A stretch of DNA of 64,000 nucleotides from Eledone cirrhosa. Its lineage: Eukaryota. The position numbers were made by a program, and so were the translations under genes. The DNA lies in NCBI GenBank assembly GCA_964016885.1, contig OZ024762.1, forward strand, positions 17,732,001-17,796,000, read 5' to 3'. Shown here piece by piece: positions 42,027-55,940 of this stretch; position 1 is the stretch's first letter, and the number at the start of each line of letters is the position of its first letter. The notes beneath the pieces are model-generated. The model was given only the letters and a program-made list of their open reading frames with translations, ran no database searches and was not told the DNA's origin.

Positions 42027-42074
<48 letters not shown>

Positions 42075-42080
<6 letters not shown>

Positions 42081-42470
42081 TTGCAAGGTTTTTGAAATCG
42101 TGTGTCGAAACAGATATTGTTATACTTGGGGAGGGTCATATTGTTATAATATTGCCAGAAATAATAACAGAACCCACTCACTGTTTGGTTTGGGTTGGTT
42201 TTCTCTTCTGTATCTTTTAAATCTCCATAGTTAATTTATCTGGCAATCAATGTTTATCATTGATTGACCAGCGGTTAAAAATACAGATATAAATATATAT
42301 ATCTATCAAAGTTCTTTCGTTACACATCTGCGACATCATCAGTGGTACTATTATCTTTCCTCCCTTTGTATTGTAAAGTCTACGCCATTTTTATTTAATT
42401 AATTAATTTATTTCTTCTTGTCTCTGTCTCTGCGCATGCGTTTGCGTGTATGTTCAATGTTTGGTGTGTG
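42075..42470 (-). mobile_element. Family E repeat (diverged copy)
   Basis: Reverse complement is homologous to 39270-39707. CTGATGA is at 42336-42342 (-). Confidence 0.75.
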
Positions 42471-42499
42471 TGTGTGTGAGTGTTCCCTGGAGGGAAATT

Positions 42500-43075
42500 A
42501 GCTAAGCTAATGTAAAAAAGTCCTAAGAAAGACCCATCTAAAGATTAAAGTGGTAGAAAAGCCAGGAACTACCATAAAATTCCTGATCAACAAGACATAC
42601 CCTTTTAAGAAAACCCACTGTACGAATAAGAAATGTGTTATATGTAGAATGAACCCCCCCCCCCCCCCCAATAAAAAAAAATTATATAACTTGAAATGTA
42701 GTCTACAGCAGTGCTTCCCAAACTATCTGATATTACTATTTCGTAGTAATATTAATTTATACCGGAAACGATATATATAATGAATATAATAATAGTTGAC
42801 CATTTTTTTTTATCTTCTATTTATTTTGTAAACAAATAATACAACATCAAAACATAAAAAAGTAATTAAAAAAATTCCTCAAATGATTCGTTAGCATGGC
42901 CTGGTCACTGCCGCGTACCGGTAGCTGATGGCTTGCGTACCGGCACCGGTCCGCGGATACCAACACTTTGAATAGCACTAGTCTACAGCATAAGATGTAC
43001 AGAGGGTACTTGCAGAAACATGACATCGACATACATAAGTGAGACAGCTCGAAGCATAGGAGAAAGAATAGACCA
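42500..43075 (+). pseudogene. PLE-type Cys linker + GIY-YIG endonuclease fragment interrupted by a hAT MITE
   Basis: IKVVEKPGTTIKFLINKTYPFKKTHCTNKKCVIC; after removing the MITE, NVVYSIRCTEGTC...TYISETARSIGERI. Confidence 0.75.
42709..42980. mobile_element. hAT/Charlie-like MITE, 272 bp
   Basis: Ends are cagtgcttcccaaa / tttgaatagcacta. There is an exact 8-bp TSD gtctacag at 42701-42708 and 42981-42988. Confidence 0.88.
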
Positions 43076-44058
43076 ACACTGGGGGAACTAAAAGGACAAC
43101 AAAAAAAAAACGGTTCAGTACTATATGAACCCAAAGCAAACAGTGAATGTGTTCTGTTATTATTTCTGGCAATATTATAACAATATGACCCTCCCCAAGT
43201 ATAAATATACATACACCAGTGCCATATCTCATGTACATTCTTTCCAAACGTTTCCCACTGGCACAAAACAAATGAAACAAACAGCTACTTCGACCCATCC
43301 CAAAACCTGCCAGAAATTTGCCTCAGAGGACCGACCGTAAATACGTGGGCTCAAGGGCTCAAGTTTTGAAATAAGGGGCAAAGTTGATTATATTGATTTT
43401 AGTACTTCATTGGTATCTATATTTTCTCGGTCACTCCTCCATACTGCGTTGGATTTAGACATTTGGGTGCCTGGACAACTTCAGGTTTGAGGGTCCCCTC
43501 ATAAAGAGATAATTAGAATACACTGTACCCCCCACAATTTTACATATCAAAGTTAGTTGGCACATGTAACTGGAATTGAAAAGTCATACATAAAAGTATT
43601 AAATTCAAAAATTCTAACTATCCTAAAAGTAAAAAGCCCAGCTGAGGGCACAAATAAATTGCTATGGCCGTCACTGGGTGGGCTCCTCACTGCAGGGGGT
43701 ATCGGCATTAAATCCGGCCATGTCTCCATGCCCTTCGTCAAGGGGATTGTAGGCAAAGTTGAAGCTGATCTTGGTTGGATATGAACTCAGAATGTAAAAG
43801 TTGGTGAGGAAATGGCAGAAATCATTTAGTGCGAGGCTCCTGTGATTTGTTCAATCCCGCACATTGATTTAAATTGATGTAATATATATTCTAAGCCTAT
43901 GAGAAGACAATTCTTGACATATATTCAAATATATATTCAAATATATGCCATCAATTGTTTCTTTATTAGCTTCAAAATACATATATATCAAGTTATATTC
44001 AGCAATACACATACATGCATAAACGCAGGCGTACACACAAGTACATATGAATACACAT

Positions 44059-44091
<33 letters not shown>

Positions 44092-44320
44092 ATATATATA
44101 CATACACACATATATACATATATATAATACACACACACACATATATATATATAATATATATATACATACACACATATATACATATATATAATACACACAC
44201 ACACACACATATATATATATAATATATATATATACATACACACATATATACATATATATAATACACACACACATATATACATATAATATATATATACACA
44301 CATATATACATATATATAAT

Positions 44321-44352
<32 letters not shown>

Positions 44353-44386
44353 TATATACATACACACATATATACATATATATAAT

Positions 44387-44424
<38 letters not shown>

Positions 44425-44717
44425 TATATATACATACACACATATATACATATATACATATATATAATACACACACACATATATATATATAATATATATA
44501 TACATACACACATATATATATATATAATATATATATACATATATATAATAGACACACACACATATATATATACACACAGACAGAACACACATGCGGAGGA
44601 GGGGGGGGGCGGGTTACGTGTTAAGTCGGTTTTGAGTTCTCCGATTTAAAGAGTTAGACAACTGGGCACCGAGCATTTCTCATTGTATAATAAACGTCTT
44701 TGGACAATGAAAGGTTA

Positions 44718-44763
<46 letters not shown>

Positions 44764-44805
44764 CACACAGACAGACATATATATATATATACATACAGAC
44801 AGACA

Positions 44806-44846
<41 letters not shown>

Positions 44847-44847
44847 C

Positions 44848-45156
44848 GTAGGAGGTGAGTTTTATTGTAGTACAATAAAGCAATGCAGATATCGGATAAG
44901 AAGCACTCTACAGTTTGTAGGACTGGAGTATACATAATATATAAGATCAAAAGATGGTTAAATGAGTTCCATGTATTTTATTATGCGCATTTCAAACTGT
45001 TGATTTAAAACTGCACTATCCACAAGTGTTTTTTAACCTTCATATCATGTCCTCCTATTTTATCTGATGAAAACACAAATGTTATTGCATGATGATATTT
45101 GTTTTTGAAATGCGCATAATAAAATACATGGAACTCATTTAACCATCTTTTGATCT

Positions 45157-45165
<9 letters not shown>
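44848..45165. mobile_element. Fold-back pLTR module family B with HHR at 45057-45125 (+)
   Basis: A minus-strand tail (44848-44996) is joined to a plus-strand segment containing CTGATGA (45064-45070)...GAAA-tgcgca-TA. Flanked by (TA)n. Confidence 0.8.
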
Positions 45166-45187
<22 letters not shown>

Positions 45188-45359
45188 ATGGGTAAAAGCC
45201 TCCATTTTGTCTTTATATAAAGTTTATTAGAGTCTATTTAACATGAAAAGTTCGTTACTTCACTTGAATCACAATTTTCTTATTCATCGTTATTGTTTAT
45301 CAACTCCATAATTTTTCTCTAATATACTTCTTATATAAATTTCTTATCATTATTTATCC

Positions 45360-45556
45360 CGCTTTCATCCTTACGGGGTCGATAAAATAAAGTACCAGTA
45401 ATGCACTGGTTAATTGCTGGCCTTGTGCCTAAAGTAGAAACAATTATTTATCCCGCCGAGGTTAACTTTGCCTTTCATCCTTACGGGGTCGATAACATAA
45501 AGTACCAGTAATACACTGGGTATTTGCTGGCCTTGTGCCTAAAGTAGAAACAATTA
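45360..45556 (+). mobile_element. Two tandem SINE S1 3' fragments
   Basis: ctttcatccttacggggtcgata...ggccttgtgcctaaagtagaaacaatta occurs twice. Confidence 0.85.
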
Positions 45557-45683
45557 GTTTTCACTTTAATTTATAGTTGCAATTATTTTTTTCCCAGATA
45601 TTTGGGTTTTTCAGAATATACAAATATTTTCAACTGTTTTTAAGTTTAATTCATTGCTCTCCCCACTTTCTCTTAATCTGTCT

Positions 45684-45716
<33 letters not shown>

Positions 45717-45832
45717 ATCTATCCCTATCTCTCTTTCTCTCTCACTCTATCTATCTATCTCTCTTTCTCTCTCCCTCTCTCTCTGTTTCTCTCTCTCTCT
45801 ATCTCGCTCTCTCTCTCATATATATATATATA

Positions 45833-45863
<31 letters not shown>

Positions 45864-45877
45864 GTATATATATATAC

Positions 45878-45920
<43 letters not shown>

Positions 45921-45988
45921 TATATGTATATATATATATATATATATATCCATATATATATGCATATATATATATACATGTATATATT

Positions 45989-46021
<33 letters not shown>

Positions 46022-46024
46022 ATT

Positions 46025-46055
<31 letters not shown>

Positions 46056-46355
46056 ATATTTATATATATATATACATATATATATTAATATATATTTATA
46101 TATATATATATATACATATATATATTTATATGTACATATATATATATACACATATATATATATATACATACACACATATATATACATATACATATATATA
46201 TATCCATATACATATACATATATATATCTATATACATATATATATATATATATCTATATATACACATATATATACATATATATATCCGTATATATATAAA
46301 TATATATATATACATATATATATCTGTATATATATATATTATATATACAAATATG

Positions 46356-46486
<131 letters not shown>

Positions 46487-46718
46487 CGTGTGTGTGTATA
46501 CATATGTATGTCCCTCTCTCCTGTGAAATGAAATTATGTCCGCTTGCTTCGTTACTAATAATACAATAATACATGAATAGAATCTGAATGTGTGCCTTGG
46601 AGTCTTGCTCTGGAACATTTTCCTCTGGTAATAATGTCGCATTGTTTCACAAGGTTGGCATATATTATTATTGTATAGGAATGTACGACGGAGGGGCAGT
46701 CTATTACATACATTCATG

Positions 46719-46764
<46 letters not shown>

Positions 46765-47078
46765 GACAGACTGAATAAAAAATGGCGTAGACATACAACA
46801 CAACAGGAGGAAAATATAACACCACTGACGATGTTGCAGATGTGCAACGAAAGATTTATGTAAATTATGTAAACTATATATATGTGTTTGTGTCTATATT
46901 GTATCTGTATTATTTTTGACCGTCGGTCAGTCAATGGCAACATTGAGGACCGAGTAAGTTAGATTACAGATATAAAAGACACAGAAGCGAGAAGCGAAAA
47001 CCAACCAAACAGTGAGTGTGTTCTGTTATTAATTCTGGCAATATTACACAAATATGACCCTCCCCAAGTATAACAATA
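46765..47078 (+). mobile_element. Family E repeat
   Basis: Nearly identical to 39346-39662. Confidence 0.85.
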
Positions 47079-47145
47079 TATATATATATCTATATATATA
47101 TATCTATATATATATCTATATCTATATATATATATATATATATAT

Positions 47146-47598
47146 CAGAGTTTTCCTTCTCCTAGAATTCTGCCTTGTCAAAGGCTAAGGGGTCATCTCT
47201 CCCGGTGATTTTGGATGGCTATTGACTCTTAAGAGCCCCTTTGCCTTTTGACAGGTTTTGTTTTTAGTCCTGCAGGATGTCCAAAGCCACCCTCCTCACC
47301 AAGATACCTTGATGGTATCCAATGATGTTGACTTGTTCTTCTTTTTGGATAAATATCATCTTGGTTAAGAGAGTGGGACTGGCTTTGTGCAGTTCCTTTG
47401 CTCACTATAAAAGCTTCACGGCACAGGCATTGCTTTATATCTGGAGATCTCTCTGCACTTGTCACATGGTACCATGGGCCAAGCACTATGTGTCAATAAT
47501 TGTCACAAGTGTAAAAAGTCACTCGTTCAGCGCATCGGTAGGGGTTCACCTACATGGATATAAAGTAGTGGCCGTACTCGAAAACGAGTTGGCAGCCA

Positions 47599-47601
<3 letters not shown>
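47146..47601. mobile_element. RTE-UTR-like element subfamily 2 with 5' inversion
   Basis: 47146-47304 is the reverse complement of about 26418-26577. 47308-47601 is collinear with about 26593-26928. Confidence 0.85.
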
Positions 47602-47655
<54 letters not shown>

Positions 47656-47657
<2 letters not shown>

Positions 47658-47845
47658 TTATTCTGGGTTGAATCGAGGGTAACCACAGTAGGTAAGGTAC
47701 TCAATACATAGCAGAGTATAAATGTTTTAATATAGAAAAGAAAAGCCTCTACAGGACTAGAACTGTTTCATTCTTTAGAAATCATCAGCGATTTCTAAAG
47801 AATGAAACAGTTCTAGTCCTGTAGAATCTCATCTATATTAAAACT
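47656..47845. mobile_element. Fold-back pLTR module family D; 36-bp-arm palindrome centred on HHR core
   Basis: Arms at 47748-47783 / 47790-47825. Minus strand: CTGATGA-tttctaaagaat-GAAAC-agttcta-GTC-ctgtag. Confidence 0.75.
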
Positions 47846-47894
47846 ATAATACAATATATTAATAAATGGAAACTATATTTATAAAACCATAATT

Positions 47895-47957
47895 ATTTTA
47901 TTATATATATTTCAAGGGCAACCAAGGCAATCTTGGTGCGCTTTCATCAGATAAAAT
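47895..47957 (-). ncRNA. Minimal type-I hammerhead ribozyme motif (family A)
   Basis: Minus strand: attttat-CTGATGA-aagcgcaccaag[attgc]cttggttgccctt-GAAA-tatata-TA^-ataaaat. Confidence 0.8.
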
Positions 47958-48065
47958 GCAAGATTTGTTTTATAAATATTGACATAACCGTGGAAAAAGA
48001 ACCATGACGGTTGAAAGTTCACTGGATAGTGTACTTATGCTAGAGACTTTTGAATTATTATTGGA

Positions 48066-48270
48066 TTGGCAGAATCGGTAGAGCCTCGGAGAACATGCCT
48101 TGGCATGGAGTTACATCCCTTTAATTTCCAAGTTCAAATCCCGCCAAGGTTAACTTTGCCTTTCATCCTTACGAAGTCGATAAAATAAATCACCAGTAAT
48201 TCACTCGGGTCGATTTAATCGACTACCCCTTCTCTCCCAAAATTCCTGGCCTTGTGCCTTTAGTAGAAAT
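48066..48270 (+). mobile_element. tRNA-derived SINE S1
   Basis: tggcagaatcgg A-box, agttcaaatccc B-box, S1 body and tail. Confidence 0.8.
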
Positions 48271-49007
48271 AATAATAATAATTATTATATAAATATATTC
48301 GAAACGTTAATTAGAAACAGGCTTCTATCTTTAGCAACATCATGTAATTAGTCGCTTGCCAGTCTATATTTAATCTAATTATCCATATGGTGGAGTGGTG
48401 TGGTGTAGTGTGGGGTGGTGATCCTACATTTATTGTGTTGCAAGAAATGTGTCGTAGTGTGTTTGTTGGGCGAGGCGTCAGAGAGATAGAGAAAGAGAGA
48501 GAGAGAGAGAGAGATAGAGAGAGACGGGGAGACAAAGAGAGAAAGAGAGAGAGGAGGAAGAGAGAGAGGGAGAGAGAGAGGGAGAGAGAGATAGGGATAG
48601 ATAGATAGAGAGAGAGAAGGAAAGAGAGAGAAAAAGAAAGAGAGAGATAGAGATGGAGAGATAGAGAGAGAAAGGGGAAGAGAGAGAGAGAGAGAAAGAG
48701 AGAATGGGGAAGAGAGAGAGAGAGAAAGAGAGAGAGATAAAGATATAGATAGATAGAGAAAGGGAGAAAGAGATAGATAGAAAGATAGAGAAAGAGAGAT
48801 TCCTTGTGATCACTTCCTCTTTATAAGTTGTGTCTGATAGAGAGAGAGAGGGAGAGGGAGAGCGAGAGAGAGATGACTTCCTCTTTATATGTTGTGTCTG
48901 TGACACGGAGTACTGGGTGATTCTAGCCGGTAGCACATCTCAACATCAAACAAATATTGCAGCAAATTTTACATCTCAATGAATTCAATGCTGCTAGCTG
49001 ATAAGGG

Positions 49008-49240
49008 CTGTGTGTTGTGTCCTTCAGCAAGATCTTTCATGTTTACTCAGCGGTAAAAATGGGTTGCGATGTCACTGGTGCCAAGCTGTATCGGCCTTAA
49101 CATTTCCCTTGGACATCCTCGGTGGCGTGGAGAGGGGAGACTGGTATGCATGGGGGACAGCCTTGCCCAGACTTGTGCCTCGGAAGAGAACTTTCTAGAT
49201 GCAAATCCTATGGTTATTCGTCACTGAAATGGGTCTTTGT
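49008..49240 (+). mobile_element. SINE S2-like body
   Basis: gtgttgtgtccttcagcaaga...tactcagcggtaaaaatgggt is a CORE-like segment. Confidence 0.55.
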
Positions 49241-49650
49241 TGATAAGACAATCGACTGCTTTCCTGTACGGCCGCTGTATACATCCTACAACTGTGCCAA
49301 CATATGCCACCGAGCTTGTATGGCACTAATGGTGACCCTGCAGGCCATCGATACGGCTAGGTTTCTACCTTCTTTGTGTTCGTGTTGAAACTTCTTGAAG
49401 AGATAACTATTTCCGTCTGTACATTTCAATATCTTCTCTTTTATTTTAAAGAAGATCACAAAAGGCTGTTCATAAATGTGATATTTCTCAACAAGGAACA
49501 TCAGGCATATGCAAGGAGGAAGTCTACTGATTCACAAACAGACTATGATATATATATATATATGCCCGCGCGTGTGTGTGTGGATTATGTATCTATCTAT
49601 CTCTCTCTCTCTCTATATATATAAGCGTGTGTGTGTGTGTGTGGATTATG

Positions 49651-49691
<41 letters not shown>

Positions 49692-50074
49692 AGAGAGAGA
49701 GAGAGAAACACAAAACTCATTACTCAGATAGATGGGCCCCTTAGCAACGCCGCTGCCACCACCACCACCACCACCACCACCACCACCACCACCTCCAAAC
49801 AACCTCTCCCTAACTAGATATAAAGTAACGCGACAAATATCAGGACAATAACACAATATTTGGTTTTCTGATTGTTGAAATAAATGCTGACGTAGACGTT
49901 TGGAGAAAAAATGTTCAAATTTTCTGTTGATAACTGATAAGACGAAACGAAAGGAACGCATTCCTGTCTTTCTAACTTACAATACAAAGGTGAAGGAGGG
50001 GCGCAATAACAAACAACCCATCGTAAGCAGACGATAAGGCCGAAAGCATCTACAGACGTTGAAGGTCATTCATT

Positions 50075-50109
<35 letters not shown>

Positions 50110-50233
50110 TATATATATATACATATATATATGCATACAACTATATAACTATATAACTCTCTCTCTCTTTCTCTCACTTATATATATATCTATATAATTG
50201 TATGTGTGTACACTCACACACACGCACACGCAT

Positions 50234-50266
<33 letters not shown>

Positions 50267-50374
50267 AGTGAGAGGAGTTAGGTATATAGATATATGTATG
50301 AGAGAGTTTGGGAAATATTCAATTGAATTTATACAAGAAAGAAAAGTTAAGGGGTGATGATATATATATATATA

Positions 50375-50677
50375 CAGTGTATAACCGACATTTGTGGTTC
50401 CGGTTATTCGCGGAACTTTCCTTAGCACCTAACTAATAATTGTTCGCGGAATCGTAAATATCTTCCGCAATTTTTTATGGCTTTTTTTCGTAGCAATATA
50501 TATATTTTCACGCTTTTTAAAGCTAAATTATAACAATATACTGTACTTGCCGGCCTATATTTTACAGGATGCTTTGACGTTTACAGGTATTTTTATTTAC
50601 CACGTCCAATATTCGCGGTTTTTCACTCTTCGTGGGTGCTCAAGGAAGGTAACTCACGCGAATTCCGGGGACAACTG
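50375..50677. mobile_element. Tigger/pogo-like MITE
   Basis: TA|cagt...actg|TA ends. Homologous to 15876-16168. Confidence 0.7.
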
Positions 50678-50784
50678 TATAGATATAAGAGATGTCAACA
50701 TGAATGGACCTGTCATTTTTTTCTAAAACATTTTTTCCGATACCGCTCTGCCCGTCCCTTCAATTTTTTTAATTTCTCATTCTT

Positions 50785-50822
50785 TTGTCTGATGAAGGAC
50801 TAGCGTCCGAAACGTTAAGACC
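50785..50822 (+). ncRNA. Hammerhead-like motif (family H)
   Basis: CTGATGA-a-ggac[tagc]gtcc-GAAAC-gtt. Palindromic aacgtt, weak stem I. Confidence 0.55.
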
Positions 50823-50929
50823 CTCTCCCTGCTATTTCTAGCCTTAAATTAATATATTCCTTCCATATACTGTACCATTGTGTTGTTATTTCTGTTTACC
50901 CTTTACAAACACACACACACACACACACA

Positions 50930-51007
<78 letters not shown>

Positions 51008-51008
<1 letters not shown>

Positions 51009-51609
51009 GGCCGTTGACTCTTATGAGTTCTTCCACCCTTTGTCAGGTTTTGTTTTTTCTCCTGTAGGGTGTCCAAAATCGCCCTCCTCACTAAGTAAAC
51101 TTGGTGGGGTTGCCGGGTTTAGTCGCCAACGACCCGACCATGCGACAGGTTGTATTGGGTTACATGTTACCAGTAGCACTCCAGAGTGAAAATGTGTAAA
51201 TATGTATATACATGTGTATATATGTGTATATGTAAATATGTATATACATGTATACATGTGTATGTATGTATATGCGCGGGGACATAGAAATAGTCGGGCT
51301 AGACACCTGATCGCGTGGTTAAAACATTGGGAGTTTGTCAGGGCATTTTTCTAGGAGAAGGCAACTCAGGAAACTGGGATAACTCTGACATAAAACCTGC
51401 GGCTCAGTAGTTACCGATGATGTTGATGTTTTCTTCTTTTCGGGTTATAGCTACTGTCGCTCAGAGAGTGGGATTGGCTCAGTGCACAGCCTTTCCTAAC
51501 TTTTAAAAAATTCTTCACGCACAGGCAGTGCACGATAGCATTAATTGATAATTGTTAATAATGTTATATTGTGCAATGGCCATACTCGATAACGAGGGGG
51601 CAGCCATCA
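51008..51609. mobile_element. RTE-UTR-like element with 5' inversion
   Basis: 51008-51189 is the reverse complement of the 5' module. 51190-51609 is collinear with 12750-13132. Confidence 0.85.
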
Positions 51610-52587
51610 TATATATATGCTTGTGATATTGTTGCTACTGTTTACCAATAACAACAAATCTAGCCAAACTTCTATATTGCCACCAACTCCAAGACCAAAA
51701 ATTCTACCGCCACCACCACCACCACCACCACCAGCACCACCACCACCACCACCATCATCACCACTTCCACCATCAATACCTCCACCACCACCACTATCAC
51801 CACCTCCACCACCACCACCACCACCATCACCACCGCCACCACCACCACCATCACCACCGCCACCACCAACACCATCACCACCACGACCACCACCACCACC
51901 ATCACCACCTCCACCACCACCACCACCACCACCACCCACCCCACCCCACCACCATCATCACCACCAACAACAACAACAGCGACGACGATGTCAGTGAAAT
52001 TACATGTTTTATGCGCCATCTTTGATAAAGTCTATTTTCTTATAACGTTCCATGTCTATTTTGTCTTGTTGAATAATTCCCAAACACTCAGTCTTACACA
52101 CACACACACACACATACACACATTCATACACAAACACACACACATGCACACACCCACACAGATACACACACACACACACACACACACATTCATACACAAA
52201 CACAGACACACGCACACACCCACACAGATACACGGACACACACATACACACACAGATACACAGATACACACAGATACACAGACACACACACACACACACA
52301 CACACACATTCATACACAAACACAGACACACGCACACACCCACACAGATACACGGACACACACATACACACACAGATACACACAGATACACACACACACA
52401 CACACACACATATATACACAAACACAGACACACACACACACCCACACAGATACACGGACACACACATACACACACAGATACACAGATACACAGATACACA
52501 CACACACACACACACATATATATACACAAACACAGATACACACCCACACAGACACACACATACACACACAGATACACAGATACACAG

Positions 52588-52626
<39 letters not shown>

Positions 52627-52927
52627 AACACACACACACACCCACACAGATACACGGACACACACATACACACACAGATACACACAGATACACAGACACA
52701 CACACACACATATATATATAGTCAGACACGCACACACACACAGATACACAGACACACACACACAGATACACACACAGATACATAGTTACACACACACATA
52801 CACATACACACATATATATACATATATATATACACGTAAGCACCTGACTACACTTATACTAAAAAATGTTTATATGAATTTATACCAGACACGTATACAT
52901 ACGCAAACATGTATACGTAAGCATATA

Positions 52928-53016
<89 letters not shown>

Positions 53017-53125
53017 ATTTATGCCTAGAAATATATGCATGAAGGCATATTGTGTGTGTATATATAGAGCCATATACATACACAAATATACATTCATGAA
53101 TATGAAAAAATATATATACATACAT

Positions 53126-53168
<43 letters not shown>

Positions 53169-53180
53169 ATATTATATATA

Positions 53181-53270
<90 letters not shown>

Positions 53271-53278
53271 ATTATATA

Positions 53279-53341
<63 letters not shown>

Positions 53342-53350
53342 TTATATATA

Positions 53351-53381
<31 letters not shown>

Positions 53382-53453
53382 CATATATTATATATATATA
53401 TATTATATATATATATATACGTATATTTATATATATATACGTATATATATATA

Positions 53454-53499
<46 letters not shown>

Positions 53500-53549
53500 A
53501 CGTATGTATATACATATATATATACATATATATATACATACATATATAT

Positions 53550-53608
<59 letters not shown>

Positions 53609-53714
53609 CATGTGTATATATATATATACATGTGTGTATATACATGCATGCATGTATGTATGTATGTATGTATGTATGTATGTATGTATGTATGTATGTA
53701 TGTATGTATATGTA

Positions 53715-53747
<33 letters not shown>

Positions 53748-53786
53748 ATATATATGTATATATATGTATGTATATGTATATATATG

Positions 53787-53819
<33 letters not shown>

Positions 53820-53836
53820 GTATATATATATGTATG

Positions 53837-53880
<44 letters not shown>

Positions 53881-53994
53881 GTATGTATATATGTGTTGTT
53901 TATATAACAAAATTAAAATTGCCAGCGTTCCAGGAAGCGACACAAGCTGGGGTGAATAAGAACAGAAAGTTTGTTCAATTAAATAACTCTGACT

Positions 53995-54831
53995 GTCCTG
54001 GAGCAGCAGATGAGCGTCGTGTGTGTGTCTGGTGTGTGTCTGGTGTGTGTGTGTGTCGGTGTGTGTCTGGTGTGTGTGTGTGTCGGTGTGTGTCTGGTGT
54101 GTGTGTGTGTCGGTGTGTGTCTGGTGTGTGTGTGTGTCGGTGTGTGTCTGGTGTGTGTCTGGTGTGTGTGTGTCGGTGTGTGTCTGGTGTGTGTGTGTGT
54201 CGGTGTGTGTCTGGTGTGTGTCTGGTGTGTGTGTGTCGGTGTGTGTCTGGTGTGTGTGTGTGTCGGTGTGTGTCTGGTGTGTGTGTGTGTCGGTGTGTGT
54301 CTGGTGTGTGTGTGTGTCGGTGTGTGTCTGGTGTGTGTCTGGTGTGTGTGTGTCGGTGTGTGTCTGGTGTGTGTCTGGTGTGTGTGTGTGTGTCGGTGTG
54401 TGTCTGGTGTGTGTGTGTCGGTGTGTGTGTGTCGGTGTGTGTCTGATGTGTGTGTGTGTGTGTGTCGGTGTGTGTGTGTGTGTCGGTGTGTGTGTGTCGG
54501 TGTGTGTCTGATGTGTGTGTGTGTGTGTGTCGGTGTGTGTGTGTGTGTCGGTGTGTGTGTGTCGATGTGTGTCTGGTGTGTGTGTGTCGGTGTGTGTCTG
54601 ATGTGTGTGTGTGTGTGTGTCGGTGTGTGTCTGGTGTGTGTGTGTCGGTGTGTGTCTGATGTGTGTGTGTGTGTGTCGGTGTGTGTCTGGTGTGTGTGTG
54701 TCGGTGTGTGTGTGTCGGTGTGTCTGTGTCTGATGTGTGTGTGTGTGTGTATGTGTGCATGTGTGTGTGTGTGTGTCTGTCCTGGAGCAGCAGAGATGAA
54801 CGTTGTGTCTGGTGTGTGTGTGTGTGTGTCG

Positions 54832-54862
<31 letters not shown>

Positions 54863-55615
54863 TGTGTGTATGTGTGTGTGTGTCTTGGAGCAACAGAAAT
54901 GAACCATGTGTCTGGTGTGTGTGTGTGTCGGTGTGTGTCTGGTGTGTGTGTGTCGGTGTGTGTCTGATGTGTGTGTGTGTCGGTGTGTGTGTGTGTCGGT
55001 GTGTGTCTGGTGTGTGTGTGTGTCGGTGTGTGTCTGGTGTGTGTGTGTGTCGGTGTGTGTCTGGTGTGTGTCTGGTGTGTGTGTGTGTCGGTGTGTGTCT
55101 GGTGTGTGTCTGGTGTGTGTGTGTGTCGGTGTGTGTCTGGTGTGTGTCTGGTGTGTGTGTGTCGGTGTGTGTCTGGTGTGTGTCTGGTGTGTGTGTGTGT
55201 GTCGGTGTGTGTCTGGTGTGTGTGTGTCGGTGTGTGTCTGGTGTGTGTGTGTGTCGGTGTGTGTCTGGTGTGTGTCTGGTGTGTGTGTGTCGGTGTGTGT
55301 CTGGTGTGTGTCTGGTGTGTGTGTGTGTGTCGGTGTGTGTCTGGTGTGTGTGTGTCGGTGTGTGTCTGGTGTGTGTGTGTCGGTGTGTGTCTGATGTGTG
55401 TGTGTGTCGGTGTGTGTCTGGTGTGTGTGTGTCGGTGTGTGTCTGATGTGTGTGTGTGTGTGTGTGTCTGGTGTGTGTGTGTCGGTGTGTGTGTGTCGGT
55501 GTGTCTGTGTCTGATGTGTGTGTGTGTGTGTATGTGTGCATGTGTGTGTGTGTGTGTCTGTCCTGGAGCAGCAGAGATGAACGTTGTGTCTGGTGTGTGT
55601 GTGTGTGTGTCGGTG

Positions 55616-55646
<31 letters not shown>

Positions 55647-55940
55647 ATGTGTGTGTGTGTCTTGGAGCAACAGAAATGAACCATGTGTCTGGTGTGTGTG
55701 TGTGTGTGTGTGCGTGTGTGTTTGTGTGTCTCTGACTGTGTGTGTCTCTGACTGTGTGTGTCTGTCCTGGAGCAGTAGAGATGAACGTTGTGTCTGGTGT
55801 GTGTGTGTGTGGGGAGGGGGGTGTCTCTGTGTGCGTGTATCTATGTGTGTGTGTGTATCTGTGTGTGTGTGTGTCTCTGACTGTGTGTGTGTGTCTCTGA
55901 CTATGTGTGTGTCTGTCCCGGAGCATTAGAGATGAACTTT
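53995..55940 (+). repeat. Complex (GT)n satellite with recurring cctggagcagcagagatgaac anchor and ~780-bp internal duplication
   Basis: Anchor variants at about 53997, 54781, 54884, 55562, 55661, 55766 and 55918. Confidence 0.9.
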
